64,000 bases of DNA from Macrostomum lignano. Lineage: Eukaryota. The translations under genes were made by a program, and so were the position numbers. Below are positions 51,079 through 63,934 of the stretch, in pieces (position 1 is the first letter of the stretch; every line of letters begins with the position of its first letter). The stretch spans positions 62,001-126,000 of the forward strand of contig NIVC01001908.1 of assembly GCA_002269645.1 (NCBI GenBank), in the 5' to 3' direction. The notes under the pieces were generated by a model. It ran no database searches, was not told the DNA's origin, and saw only the letters and a list, made by a program, of their open reading frames with translations.

Positions 51079-53440
51079 GATCTCTCTCTCTCTCTTTCTC
51101 TCTCTCTCAGATGAGTGAGAAGATGAGCTAGAGAGAGAAGAGAGGAGAGAAGAAAGGGGAGAGAGGAGTGGAGGGGAGATTAGAGGAGAGAGGTGAGGAG
51201 ATGAAAGGAGAGAGAGGAGATGAGAAGAGGGGAGAGGAGAGATGAGAGGAGAGTGAGCTGAGAGTGGAGATTGGAGAGAGGCTGACAGTGGAGAGAGACT
51301 GAGAGTGAGCTGAGAGTGGAGATTGATGGAGAGGCTGAGAGTGGCCGAGAGAGGCTGAGAGTGAGCTGAGAGTGGAGATTGGAGAGAGGCTGAGAGTGGA
51401 GAGAGGCTGAGAGTGGAGATTGGAGAGAGGCTGAGAGTGGAGATTGGAGAGAGGCTGAGAGTGGAGATTGGAGAGAGGCTGAGAGTGGAGAGAGGCTGAG
51501 AGTGGAGAGAGGCTGAGAGTGGAGATTGGAGAGAGGCTGACAGTGGAGAGAGACTGAGAGTGAGCTGAGAGTGGAGATTGATGGAGAGGCTGAGAGTGGC
51601 CGAGAGAGGCTGAGAGTGAGCTGAGAGTGGAGATTGGAGAGAGGCTGAGAGTGGAGAGAGGCTGAGAGTGGAGATTGGAGAGAGGCTGAGAGTGGAGATT
51701 GGAGAGAGGCTGAGAGTGGAGATTGGAGAGAGGCTGAGAGTGGAGAGAGGCTGAGAGTGGAGAGAGGCTGAGAGTGGAGATTGGAGAGAGGCTGAGAGTG
51801 AGCTGAGAGTAGAGATTGGAGAGAAAGTGAATTGAGTGGCTGGGTGAAAGTGAATTAAGTGGTTGAGTGGCTGGGTGAAAGTGAATTAAGTGGTTGAGTG
51901 GCTGGGTGAAAGTGAATTAAGTGGTTGAGTGGCTGGGTGAGATCAGTGAATTAAGTGGTTGAGTGGCTGGGTGAAAGTGAATTAAGTGGGTGAGTGGCTG
52001 GGTGAAAGTGAATTAAGTGGTTGAGTGGCTGGGTGAAAGTGAATTAAGTGGGTGAGTGGCTGGGTGAAAGTGAATTAAGTGGGTGAGTGGCTGGGTGAAA
52101 GAAAAACTTCCAGCTCGAAATCTATTCGCATTTCTGGCCAGCTGCTCAGCAGTTTGAGGATTTACTCCTAAAAATCATCGCGCAGAGAGTCGGCAATCAA
52201 AGCACCTTCAGCTATTTCTGCTGCTGGCTCGAATCGGCATCGCTTCGCCTCGTTTTTTACTTCCCAATGCATCTCTCTTAATTCCAGCTGCTTTGTCAGA
52301 TCTGTGTGGCCGGCTCACATGGAAAACACCATCAGCAGTCTGCCTCACTGAGCCATTGCACTTCAAGTCTTCATTGCGGACGATGCACTTCCAATAATTG
52401 CAGCCAGCTTTGCCTCCGTTCCGCCCTAGAAGATATCCAAACGAGGATACAAGGAGATCACCACCGCGTTTACTAATACCGCGTTTCAGCTCAAAATGTT
52501 CTTGCTGCGACTCAAGCTGCACTTCAACGAGTGGCGTCGGATCCTGTAGTCCATCGTAATTTCGATCCGCGGCAGCACCGGCGTGGACAGCTGCAGGTGG
52601 ATCGGCGGCAGCACCGGCGTGGACAGCTGCAGGTTGGATCGGCGGCAGCACCGGCGTGGACAGCTGCAGGTGGATCGGCGGCAGCACCGGCGTGGACAGC
52701 TGCAGGTGGATCGGCGGCAGCACCGGCGTGCATGGACTGCTGGTAGATGCATGGGCGGCGGCTGTCGGCACCTACCAAGTTTGGTATCATGTATTTCATT
52801 TCGACAATTTTTTCACTGACATACACATACACTGCATACATATGCCTTTTCTTAAAAAGGGATAGAAAAACGATAATGTGATCAATTACTTTGCATAACT
52901 TTTCTCATTTACAGCGGGAGCAAATCCAGATAAATGAAGCGTCGTCTTCTAGAATCTGACGATACTCCTTTTGGCTTATGCCTGAACCACATATTTGGTG
53001 CTGCCATTGACTGCAATCATCACATTGCAAAGCTTGCTGTCGAGTGCTCACACACTTTCTACAAATGACAACAGATGTCTTGCATCAGAGAAATTTTGAA
53101 TGAGAATAACTATTCGCCGTTTTTTTCTTTATCAAATTTTTAACAGCTTCCGTTCCATGCCACTGTTTTTAGTTAAGCTTTCTCATTTTAGGTGTATATT
53201 GTAAAATAGTTTGTTAAAATGATGAAAGACCCATATACATGCAGCGCTTTATTATAACAAATGTTAACGGACAGAGAAGTTGTCCATACAGAGGCAGCTC
53301 CCCAGTCCCCCAGCTCCCTAGTCCCCACCCCACTCCTCATCCCCACCCCATTTCCCAGCAGACGAACAGTTTTAGAAGGAAAGGGCGTTTCGTCTACTCA
53401 GCAGACGAACTGTCGGCAGACGAATGAACTGCAGGAAACC
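50140..53440 (-). mobile_element. Mutator/MULE-like DNA transposon relic with FLYWCH zinc-finger ORF
   Basis: ~150-bp inverted termini (50140-50300 / 53270-53440). Imperfect 9-bp TSD GGCCTAGGG/GGCCTCGGT. ORF SKRGGDLLVSSFGY...YWKC..R....C...V...H followed, after a frameshift, by LARNANRFR. Confidence 0.7.
50900..52100. repeat. Composite microsatellite/minisatellite block: (TCAC)n, (CA)n, GA-rich 16/24-bp units, 31-bp units
   Basis: Seen directly inside the MULE relic. Confidence 0.95.
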
Positions 53441-55677
53441 GGCCTCGGTAGGCATACTAAATCAGTAAATGTATACTAAACTATATATAGTATACTAAAC
53501 AACGTCAACTGCCTCACGGACACGGTATCGTCCAACTCTTTAGTTGGCGTCGGCGATAGTGACAGCTCGTGGTCTCGTGACGGGCGGATGGCCGTGCACT
53601 TTTAGGGGGCCACATTTTTAAATACTTTTTTACTGCAACAGACGTTTTATTATCTCTTTTTAGGGTGTTTGCAGTCAAAAAATTTTAGAACGTTACAGAA
53701 AGTTTTGTAGATTAAATCACACATTTTTGGATTAAAAGCAAAACATGTGTTAAAAATAGACTGGAAACAGTGTAAATTTAAATATACGATTACAATGTTC
53801 AAGCTAGCTATAATCTATATATCCGATCGATCGAATTGCGTTCAAGTTACAAGTTACAAAGTTGTTTGTTACCACCCTACCGTGATCGACTAGAAGGGAT
53901 AATATGTACTCTACCGCTCTTCTCTAAGGCATCTAGTGCATCATTCAATGCGCTTTACAAAAACGGCAATTTAAATTCTCTTTCTTTTTGTCTTTGGACT
54001 GTTTTTATTGACATTTTCAATGTGATCAATCAGACATTAGAACTTAGAAATTGAAAATGTTTTAAGGTTTTTTTCTTGAATCAGCTATTCATGAGAGTGT
54101 AATGGTTTGATAGTGTATGAATAGCTCTTCATTTATATTATAGGCGGCATAGGCCTTAATCCCTTCCCTATTAAGTATTAAGTTTCAATCTAGGCCCTAG
54201 TTTAACCATTCCATTGTGAGTTAACTCAAATATCATAGACCCAGGCGTAGGCCTAGTCAATGAAGATTTTTTTTCAAATGCCTTTTCTAAGCCTATAGCC
54301 TAGGGTTAGGCCTATATTAGGCCTTACCTTAGGGTTTGTAGCTTCAACCTTCAATAGGCCTAATAAATAACATTTTTGCAATTTTATAATAAAGGACCTT
54401 TTGGATGCCACGCCAATAGCATTTTGCATACAAAAACTTTGTTTATGTGTCACAAGTAAAATTCCTAAAAATTTTCAAATACATCATGATAACTTCCAGT
54501 TTTTTCATTATATAAGTCATAAGATTCTTTCTTATAAAAAGTCTACACAATTATAGATTATACTTGTTTATTAACAATATGTGCCCCATAGTCCAGATGG
54601 TGTAATGTGGTACGCCGGAAGGAAAAAGGATTCCCAAGTGGTATGCCAGTGGTACGCCAAAAGAATATATATTGATATATAATTGTATGTTAATGTTAGT
54701 ACGAAAGAAATAATAAACATTTCGACTTTGAAAATGGTAAAAATATGGCAGACAAACTTTAACAATTATTAAAAAATAACAGATATAATCAGCGCTCATA
54801 AATTTATTTACCAATAATACTAGGCTAAATTATTTTATTAATTTATTTATATATTTATAAAATGATTAATCAAGTTATACAATGCAGGAAAAAATATATG
54901 CAATTTTTTACGTAAAATACATTGTTGTGTGATGTAGTCGTATCTTGTATGTCGTAATTTACGCAAAATTACAAAAAGTTTTTACTCTGGCAACAATTTT
55001 TTTGCCTGGTGGTGCCAATGGTACGCTAAAAGTGGTACGCCAATTCAACTTCAGCTTGGTGGTATGCCAAAGGTGGTACGCCAAATGCTTTTTCAAATCG
55101 GTGGTACGCCAATAGTGGTATGCCATTTTTTGGAAAACTCATTTGGTACGCCGGAAATCTCCAACACTCTGCAACATCTCTGCAACACTGGCAGAGTTTT
55201 AAGAATGCATGTGCACTCAAATTTTTTTCAGCATGCACTTGCAACTATTGATTTTTGTTCAGGCGTGCACCCAGCATGATCTAGATGATGAAAATATACA
55301 AGTTTTTTTAAATATGCACAAAATGCATCTAAGATTTTATATAAAATTATAACCAATTTATTTGTTAATCAATAAGCCTAGCATTACCTTTGAGTAGCAG
55401 CATTATACTTTGGATAGTAAGCATTAAACAAATTAGTATATATTGAATTCAATATTAGAAAATCTAAATGACAATCTATATCTAGATAATGCTGAGTGCA
55501 CGCCCAAACAAAAATTGAATAATTACATTTGCATACCAAAAAAATTGAGTGCATGCCCAGTCCTAAAACTTTGCTAGTGTTGCCTCAATAAATGACCTTT
55601 TTAAATTGCATAATAAACCCTTTTTGCAAAATAATAATTTAATGAGCTTTACTACTCTACTTTAAAAGCATCTAGAC

Positions 55678-55678
<1 letters not shown>

Positions 55679-55732
<54 letters not shown>

Positions 55733-55745
55733 TATATATATATAA
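55679..55745. repeat. (TA)n microsatellite
   Basis: Seen directly. Confidence 0.95.
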
Positions 55746-57049
55746 TGATTAATATAATACTTTCTAATTTGTACTTTCAATTATTATATAAAGAGTATGA
55801 GAAAATGGAATTACTTGTATATCAGTTTGTTATTATTCATTATATTTATAGTTACTTGATTTATTATAATAACATGAAAATAGGCACTTTTTATTATTTG
55901 TATTGAAATTTAAGTGGTTAATAAATATAATATATTTGATTCAAAGCTTTAATCAATCATAGATAGACCTAGGTTTGATTAGCCTAACTAGATCTAGATT
56001 AGACCTAGGTATAGAAAGGTAGACCTAAGTTATCTAACTCATTGATTATTATTAATCTATTAAATTGTATAGGTAGTAGGCCTACAATACTTAGCCTGAT
56101 CCTATATATTAAGGTCTTTAGTGTCAGTGAGGGTGACTTTACTTTAGTGATTTCCTAATATATGTGTGGCAAAGGCCTTATAAAAAGCTAAATTAAATAA
56201 AAATAGTTTATTTACAAATAATTAACAATGATGCAATGATGAAAATGGTTGCCAATAGCAACTTAAATCTAAAAATCAATCTTGATATTTTACTTTAGAT
56301 GCAAAATTGTACCCAACTTTTGACAATCATTTATTGCACCTTGTATATAAGAATTAAACATGAGCCACAATGCACAAGTGAATCAAAGTTTTATAAGCAT
56401 TTCTTAGAATAAGTTTTCTAGCTGATTACTGTAAAATGATGTTTTTTTAGATGGATTGTTGTTAAAAAAATATAATTAGCAAACAAAAGTGCTTTATTAA
56501 CTACTTGGTATTTTGTATAATGCCCATAAGCATAGAATGAATTCACAGCTAGTCTAACACATTCAGCTGATGATGCACTCAACACAAGCTTGCAGATGGC
56601 TACCTATTTTATAGGCTAGATTATAGATAATGAGTACATCCCAGGCAACTGGCTGGCACCTAAGATAGAATTTTAGACAAGATTTTATATAATTATAAAT
56701 AAAGTGTTCACTGCTTCTAGATATCTAATGCATGCACTAATATAATTATGCTAGCAGTTAATAGTAAAGAAACCATATACAATTTGAATAGGCTCTATCA
56801 GTATTGGTTTCAGATATCCTTAATGCACTTTGTGGTTTATTAGGAATGTCAGAATGTGAACAAATTGGCTAGGTAGGACAACTTGTTCAGGTATTTTACA
56901 ATTGGTAAGCTTATGTCAAAGGCTAAAAATCCTGTCAGCAGCAACAATGGTTGGACAGTCTATTTAGATTTCTAGGAACAAAGGAGGAAAAAAAACAAAT
57001 TTTTTTCAAGAGTAAGTGATTGAGTTAGATTAGGCTTTTTCAATATCAC

Positions 57050-57200
57050 CATGCTTGGGCACAACCTAGGAATTCACTCAACTGTTTATATTGGCAACAC
57101 ACACACATAAGTCGCTATTAGATAGAATAGTAGTCACATGACTGCTCTCAGCCATGTGTGTGTTGCCAATAGAAATGGCTGAGTGATTCCTAAGGTTGCA
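57050..57200. mobile_element. Partially deleted copy of the hairpin MITE at 48365-48532
   Basis: CCATGCTTGGGCACAACC...GTCACATGACTGCTCTCAGCC...TTGCCAATAGAAATGGCTGAGTGATTCC. Confidence 0.7.
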
Positions 57201-58397
57201 CTTGTATGAATATCACAATATATAAATATGTTTACTTCTGGTAGAATGTTTCTTTATATGATTTTTATTGAACACCTGTGTCTCTAAGAAAGGAGCTAGA
57301 AAGAGATATAGTAAACACCAATTTCATATTTTATTAAAATACTCCAATCCCAATGTGTGTGTAGTAGTGTCAAAATTTTCTGTCTTTTGTTGCTTGAATC
57401 CCAAATTCTAAGGACTTAAGAGCTCCCTTCACATTGAAAATGAAAACATTCATCTTAACATTAGCCCCTACCCCTCACCACCCAACCACAATGTGCATGT
57501 GGCATCAGAGCTCCCCTTAAAATGTGAAAACATTCATCTTAACTATCAACTCCAGCTCCTTTTACTCAACCATAATGTGGACATGGCATTGGCTATCTAT
57601 GTTGATGCTTGAGTCCTAAATTCCAGAGAATTTGAAATTGGCAACATTCATTTATTTCTACTACCCTAACCCCATCAAATCAACAGCTCCAATGGTCTTT
57701 CAAGAGTGGTATTACTAGATATGGGAAGTATATGTTTCCATAACTATATCTATATGCTTGGCCCAAAACCTCCATATCTGTCCCTATAGTGGAATTCCAT
57801 ATTTTAATTACTCAAAGTTCGCATTAGGCAAATTAACTCCAGAAAGCCCAAACTAGTACTTACAGCATGCAGCCAGATTAGGCAAATGTTAGGTCATAGT
57901 GTGCTATCTAGAAGAAGATGGCAGTAACAATTAAGTGTGCCATGTCAGTAACAATACAGCAATAGTAGGTCTTGTTTTGCTAGCATAGCTGCTGCAGTGC
58001 AGTTTATGGAGCTCTATGAAGTCAAGGCAAGTGGGATACAAAATAGCTTTCAATCGCATGGTGCTTTACTTCTAGCTGTTTCAAAGCATGGCGCTAGCTA
58101 AAGGTCCATAAGTTACGCCTGGATCTCATATGGTGACAGAGAGTGATAGGCTTTCATACCTAAGGCAGTTTTGTTCATTACAGGAATTTAATTTAACAAA
58201 TACAGACAGAAAATACTGTAAAACTGACAAAAAGAAAGCCTAAATGTTTCTCAGGTGTCATTAAAAGTACATGACCTGCATTTTAATCATTATTGTTTCA
58301 AAGTACAATCTGTTAATTTTTTTAAATGGAGTTCCATCCTGCTAATTATCAGTAAATCAAAAAGATTTCAGCTCAGATTATCAATTACTAAAGCAAC

Positions 58398-58553
58398 ATG
58401 CCGTCGCACAAGACTTTCCGCATGAAAACTAAGCTGGCCCGAAAGCAGAAGGTGAATCGGCCAGTGCCGCAATGGGTTCGCATGCGCAATGGCAACACGG
58501 TGCGGTACAATGCCAAAAGGCGGCACTGGCGCCGTACTAAGCTGAGGTTGTAA
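58398..58553 (+). CDS. RPL39: 60S ribosomal protein L39 (eL39), 51 aa, intronless CDS (missed by the ORF track)
   Basis: [51 protein letters not shown]; AATAAA at 58648-58653. Confidence 0.97.
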   Translation: MPSHKTFRMKTKLARKQKVNRPVPQWVRMRNGNTVRYNAKRRHWRRTKLRL

Positions 58554-58647
58554 TATGGATTGATTGTTTCGTGACGTCAGATTGATGTAGCATAAGTGGA
58601 ATCGTTTGAGCTGACTGCTGACATTTTGCTTAAGTCTGTTTGAAGCA

Positions 58648-58731
58648 AATAAAAACAATTTATTGCTGACGGAATCTGATTTGGAATTTCGGTTTTCTCT
58701 TATTTCTTTTTTCTAGGCACAGCTGCTTACT
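58648..58731 (+). promoter_or_regulatory. rpl39 poly(A) signal followed by a U-rich tract, AG acceptor (58716) and a 15-nt non-coding exon
   Basis: AATAAA 58648; TTTTCTCTTATTTCTTTTTTCTAG|GCACAGCTGCTTACT|GTAAGA. Confidence 0.5.
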
Positions 58732-58769
58732 GTAAGAAGAATGTGCTCTTAATTAGACTGGGATTAATC

Positions 58770-60180
58770 CATTCCCACCTGCTATAATTCTCTACCTGAC
58801 CCATTCCTACCTGCTAATATTCTCCACCTGACCCATTCCTACCTGCTAATATTCTCCACCTGACCCATTCCTACCTGCTAATATTCTCTACCTGACCCAT
58901 TCCTACCTGCTAATATTCTCTACCTGACCCATTCCTACCTGCTAATATTCTCCACCTGACCCATTCCTACCTGCTAATATTCTCCACCTGACCCATTCCC
59001 ACCTGCTATAATTCTCCACCTGACCCATTCCTACCTGCTAATATTCTCCACCTGACCCATTCCTACCTGCTAATATTCTCCACCTGACCCATTCCTACCT
59101 GCTAATATTCTCTACCTGACCCATTCCTACCTGCTAATATTCTCTACCTGACCCATTCCTACCTGCTAATATTCTCCACCTGACCCATTCCTACCTGCTA
59201 ATATTCTCCATCTGACCCATTCCTCCTACCTGCTAATATTCTCCACCTGACCCATTCCTACCTGCTAATATTCTCCACCTGACCCATTCCTACCTGCTAA
59301 TATTCTCCATCTGACCCATTCCTCCTACCTGCTAATATTCTCCACCTGACCCATTCCTACCTGCTAATATTCTCCACCTGACCCATTCCTACCTGCTATT
59401 ATTCTCCACCTGACCCATTCCTACCTGCTAATATTCTCTACCTGACCCATTCCTACCTGCTAATATTCTCTACCTGACCCATTCCTACCTGCTAATATTC
59501 TCCACCTGACCCATTCCTACCTGCTAATATTCTCCACCTGACCCATTCCTACCTGCTAATATTCTCCACCTGACCCATTCCTACCTGCTAATATTCTCCA
59601 CCTGACCCATTCCTACCTGCTAATATTCTCCACCTGACCCATTCCTACCTGCTAATATTCTCCACCTGACCCATTCCTACCTGCTAATATTCTCCACCTG
59701 ACCCATTCCCACCTGCTAATATTCTCCTCCTGACCCATTCCTACCTGCTAATATTCTCCACCTGACCCATTCCTACCTGCTAATATTCTCCACCTGACCC
59801 ATTCCTACCTGCTAATATTCTCCACCTGACCCATTACTACCTGCTAATATTCTCCACCTGACCCATTCCTACCTGCTAATATTCTCCACCTGACCCATTC
59901 CTACCTGCTAATATTCTCCACCTGACCCATTCCTACCTGCTAATATTCTCCACCTGACCCATTCCTACCTGCTAATATTCTCTACCTGACCCATTCCTAC
60001 CTGCTAATATTCTCTACCTGACCCATTCCTACCTGCTAATATTCTCCACCTGACCCATTCATACCTGCTAATATTCTCCACCTGACCCATTCCTACCTGC
60101 TAATATTCTCCACCTGACCCATTCATACCTGCTAATATTCTCCACCTGACCCATTCCTACCTGCTAATATTCTCCACCTG
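58770..60180. repeat. 32-bp minisatellite between rpl39 and coq10
   Basis: ACCTGACCCATTCCTACCTGCTAATATTCTCC, about 43 units. Confidence 0.97.
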
Positions 60181-60271
60181 AGCTACGCAACCTTTTTCAG
60201 CACTCTACTGCTGTCGCTGCCTAACCTTTTTTACCGGCCTCCTCTGCGGTCCCAAGAGGTCGACTATTAAG

Positions 60272-60913
60272 ATGAACAAGATAAAGGCGAATCTTTTGTT
60301 GCTGCGCCAGCGTCGCAGTTTGTCAACTTCAATGAAATCGCCGACTTCAACTCCGGTGGCTACAATGCGCTACGCTGAGCGTCGCCTTCTCGGCTTCAGT
60401 CGGGAGCAGATGTTTGCGGTAGTGTCCGGAGTTGAGCACTATCACAGATTCGTGCCCTGGTGCACAGGTAGCCAAGTTGAAGATCGCCGTCAGCTTGTTG
60501 ATGTTGCTAATTTTGGCCTACCCGGCGCTGCCGGTGTCAGCGGGCCAGGCGAACAATTCACTGGCCGGCTAAGCATCGGGTTCCCGCCCTTGTTGCAGCA
60601 GAGCTACAGCTCCGTAGTCACGTGCTGCCGGCCTCAGCTTGTTCATTCGCGTTGTACAGACGCAAATCTGTTTCGTCTCCTAGATACAACTTGGCGATTT
60701 CATCCCGGCTTGAGTGGCCGGCCAGCCACTTGCATACTCGATTTCGGCGTTGAATTCGCTTTTCAAAGCAGTTTGCACACCTCCTTAGCAGATCTGTTCT
60801 TTGATCGGGTGGTCACCGCCATGGTGTCTGCGTTCCTGCGCGAGGCCGGGCGGCGTTACGGGCCGGAGAGTGTAGGGCCGCAGCGGCCTACTGTTCTGGT
60901 GTACAAGAGATGA
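60272..60913 (+). CDS. COQ10: Coenzyme Q-binding protein COQ10 (START domain), mitochondrial
   Basis: YAERRLLGFSREQMFAVVSGVEHYHRFVPWC...LSIGFPP...YSSVV...LFRLLDTTWRF...FEF-like FAFQSSLH..LADLFFD. Arg/Ser-rich N-terminal presequence; AATAAA at 61481. Confidence 0.95.
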   Translation: MNKIKANLLLLRQRRSLSTSMKSPTSTPVATMRYAERRLLGFSREQMFAVVSGVEHYHRFVPWCTGSQVEDRRQLVDVANFGLPGAAGVSGPGEQFTGRLSIGFPPLLQQSYSSVVTCCRPQLVHSRCTDANLFRLLDTTWRFHPGLSGRPATCILDFGVEFAFQSSLHTSLADLFFDRVVTAMVSAFLREAGRRYGPESVGPQRPTVLVYKR

Positions 60914-61699
60914 TGGCATCGGCAATCTGGCCTGAATCGGAAGTTAATTGTTCTTTCAAAAGAAGTGACGACATGATATACAATAGTAGAGATTCGCAGG
61001 CTGAGGCAATTCTGCCCGTTCCACTGACTCCTGAACGCACACGCTCACACAGGGTGTACAGCAGCCCTGACTCAAATCCTCAGGGGTCATCGGAATAGGC
61101 ATGACTGTTGGCCTCATCTCTCTGACTGCATATCAACTGTTCTATTGGCGTATTTCAAGGACAGTTACAACTATCTTTCGTCTCGGGCATGAGCTTTACT
61201 GTCACCGATGCTCAGTCTGGTGCTGCTCAATCATTTCTTTATTAATATGCTGTAGTAATTGTACAGCTCCTGTGATACAATACAAATAGTTGAAATGACC
61301 TGTATGCTTTATGCGTTTATTGATAGACAAGGTTATATTGCTGTCTAATCAACTATTGTATTGTGAATTTGTGTATTGTGTAGTCAGTGCAGCACGTCTT
61401 TGATGCAAACATGCAGGGTTTTGTGTCCTACTTGCCCATACCACTGCGTCCTGGGCTTGTGTCTGCCTTTTATTTGTAGTAATAAAACAAAAAATTATTT
61501 AATTTCGACATAGAGTCGTTCGCGTGGAAGTTACAAGGTTGTGAGTTTCTTCTTACATTGAGCTAAATAGGTTGGGAATGGGTAGGAATCTATGTGGGGG
61601 CTTTAGAGGTATCACAATAGAGGGGGTTTATTTAAAGTATGGAAATTCCCTTTTATAATCAAAAGAGTATGGTAATTCACCCCGCCCCCCCCCCCCCGA

Positions 61700-62310
61700 G
61701 AATTAACAGTAAGTTAATTCCCCCTTAAGAATCAACAGAGTAAGTGAATGCCCCTGAGAATCAGTCGAGTATGAGAATTCCCCCTTGAGAATCAGCAAAG
61801 TATGGGGGGAATTCCCCTCTTGAGAATAAACAAAGTATAGGAATACCCCTGAGAATCAACAGTAAGTGAATTTTCCCTTGAGAATCAACAAAGTATCGGA
61901 ATTCCCCCTTGGGGATCAGCAGAGTATGGGAATTCCCCCTTGAGAATCAGAAAAGTATGCGGGGAATTCCCCCCTTGAGAATAAAAAAAGTATGGGAATA
62001 CCCCTGAGAATCAACAGTAATTGAATTTCCCTTTGAGAATCAACAGAGTATGAGAATTCCCCTTTAAGAAGTATAGGAATACCCCTGAGAATCAACAGTA
62101 AGTGAATTTTCCCTTGAGAATCAAAAAAGTATCGGAATTCCCCTTGGGAATCAGCAGAGTATGGGAATTCCCCCTTGAGAATTAGAAAAGTATGCGGGGA
62201 ATTCCCCCTTGAGAATCAGCACAGTATGGGAATTCCCCCTTGAGAATCAGCACAGCATGGGAATTCCCCCTTGAGAATCAGCAGAGTATGGGAATTCCTT
62301 TCTCGATAAT
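61700..62310. repeat. ~31-bp minisatellite with higher-order repeats
   Basis: GAGAATCAGCAGAGTATGGGAATTCCCCCTT and variants; a multi-unit block recurs. Confidence 0.9.
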
Positions 62311-62383
62311 CAGCAGAGCATCAAGAACAGATTGATTGAGTTCCAATGTTTGCATCGCAGAAATTTTAATATTCAAATTTCAG

Positions 62384-63444
62384 GCCGAAGGTCACTCCGT
62401 GTTTCGCGCAACGCCTCAACAGCTGCAGGCTTACAGCCGGTTCTGCAGCTACACGGAAGAGGAAGTCAACCAAGTGCTGGCCAAGTACCGCCAATTGGAT
62501 AGGAGCAGAAACCACACTGCCGGTGTGTGGTACGAAGATCTGGCTGGAAAATGCACTGAAATGCAGGTGCGCTTTAAATATTCGCTGGGTGTCTGACATT
62601 CCGTCTCCACTCTGATATGCTTTTGTTGACTCCCCTTGAGATACTTAATGGCTCATTTTGAGATCCCCTTTTACTGACTCATACTGATCCTATCTCATTC
62701 CTAAGATCCTGTCTCATTCCTAAGATCCTGTCTCATACCTAAGATCCTATCTCACCCTAAGATCCTGTCTAAACTTTAAGATCCTGTCTCATACCTAAGA
62801 CTCTATCTTATTCCTAAGATCCTGTCTCATACCTAAAATCCTATGTCACCCTAAGATCCTGTCTCACCTTTAAGATCCTGTCTCACGCATATAGATCCTG
62901 TCTCACGCATATAGATCCTGTCTCATCCCTAAGATCCTATCTCACCCTAGAGATAGTGTCTTAACCCCAAGATGCTATCTCTTCACTGAGAAATCTTGAG
63001 ACTTCACTGAAGTCCTATCACACTATGTCACCATCCCTTGATATCCCTTGCCATCTGCCGCAGGGCAATCGCTTGCTTACGCTCGCTGCCAAGGCCGTCG
63101 CCGGCTCCACCAGCCGCCTCGATGTTGACCGATTCGTCAGGTTAGTCTGGCTGCTATCCAGCCGGGCCAGCGTGCAGGAGAAACGCGACCTGCTCTGGCG
63201 CGTGCTGGACCCCCACCAGACTGGTCGAGTGCGGCGGGCCGGCCTGTTTAGATTCCTATCCGCCACCGTGGGCGGCAACCTTTCAGATGATCAGCTGCTT
63301 GACCTAGTTGAATCGGCTCTGGCCGCCGCCGATCCGAAACCGGCCGGCCTGGAGCCCGAGCTCACTAGGGAGTATTTCTTCTCGGCTATGGTTAGCGATT
63401 TGTTGGTTTTTCAAAAACTAACCGCCGATTTGCACTATAACTAG
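62384..63444 (+). CDS. Divergent calcineurin-B/CHP/CIB-family EF-hand protein with degenerate loops; start exon not resolved
   Basis: Exons 62384-62566 and 63064-63444, phase 0. YTEEEVNQVLAKYRQLD, EMQ|GNRLL, SSRASVQEKRDLLWRVLD and FLSATVGGNLSDDQLLDLVESALAAAD align by eye with CnB. Confidence 0.75.
62690..62970. repeat. 20-bp intronic minisatellite
   Basis: CTAAGATCCTGTCTCATTCC variants. Confidence 0.9.
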
Positions 63445-63671
63445 TAGTTATGCGATAGTAGTATCTACTGCGGGCGTGATGTTTGATTTTCAGTGACTTT
63501 CTTAGATAATCTGCTCAAATTTTGATAAAACTGTGATTCAACTTTGATACAGTTAACTTGTGCATTCCATTATTATTGTGATCATGTCCTTTCAATAAAA
63601 AATCTCTGATTTATTTATTCCTATAGTACTTTGTTCTCAATGAACAGCTTTACTAGATAAAAAATAAACTG

Positions 63672-63692
63672 GATAGATAGATGGATAGATAG

Positions 63693-63767
<75 letters not shown>

Positions 63768-63768
63768 C

Positions 63769-63851
<83 letters not shown>

Positions 63852-63880
63852 CAGATAGATAGATAGATAGATAGATAGAC

Positions 63881-63932
<52 letters not shown>
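63672..63932. repeat. (GATA)n microsatellite
   Basis: Seen directly. Confidence 0.97.

Positions 63933-63934
<2 letters not shown>

Noticed and set aside
39750-60180. Regular arrays of 30-43 bp resembling CRISPR
   Set aside because: No unique spacers between units, no cas genes, eukaryotic context.
61578-61608. MGRNLCGGFR as the myristoylated first exon of the CnB-like gene
   Set aside because: Its donor is phase 1 while the 62384 exon is phase 0; unsupported.
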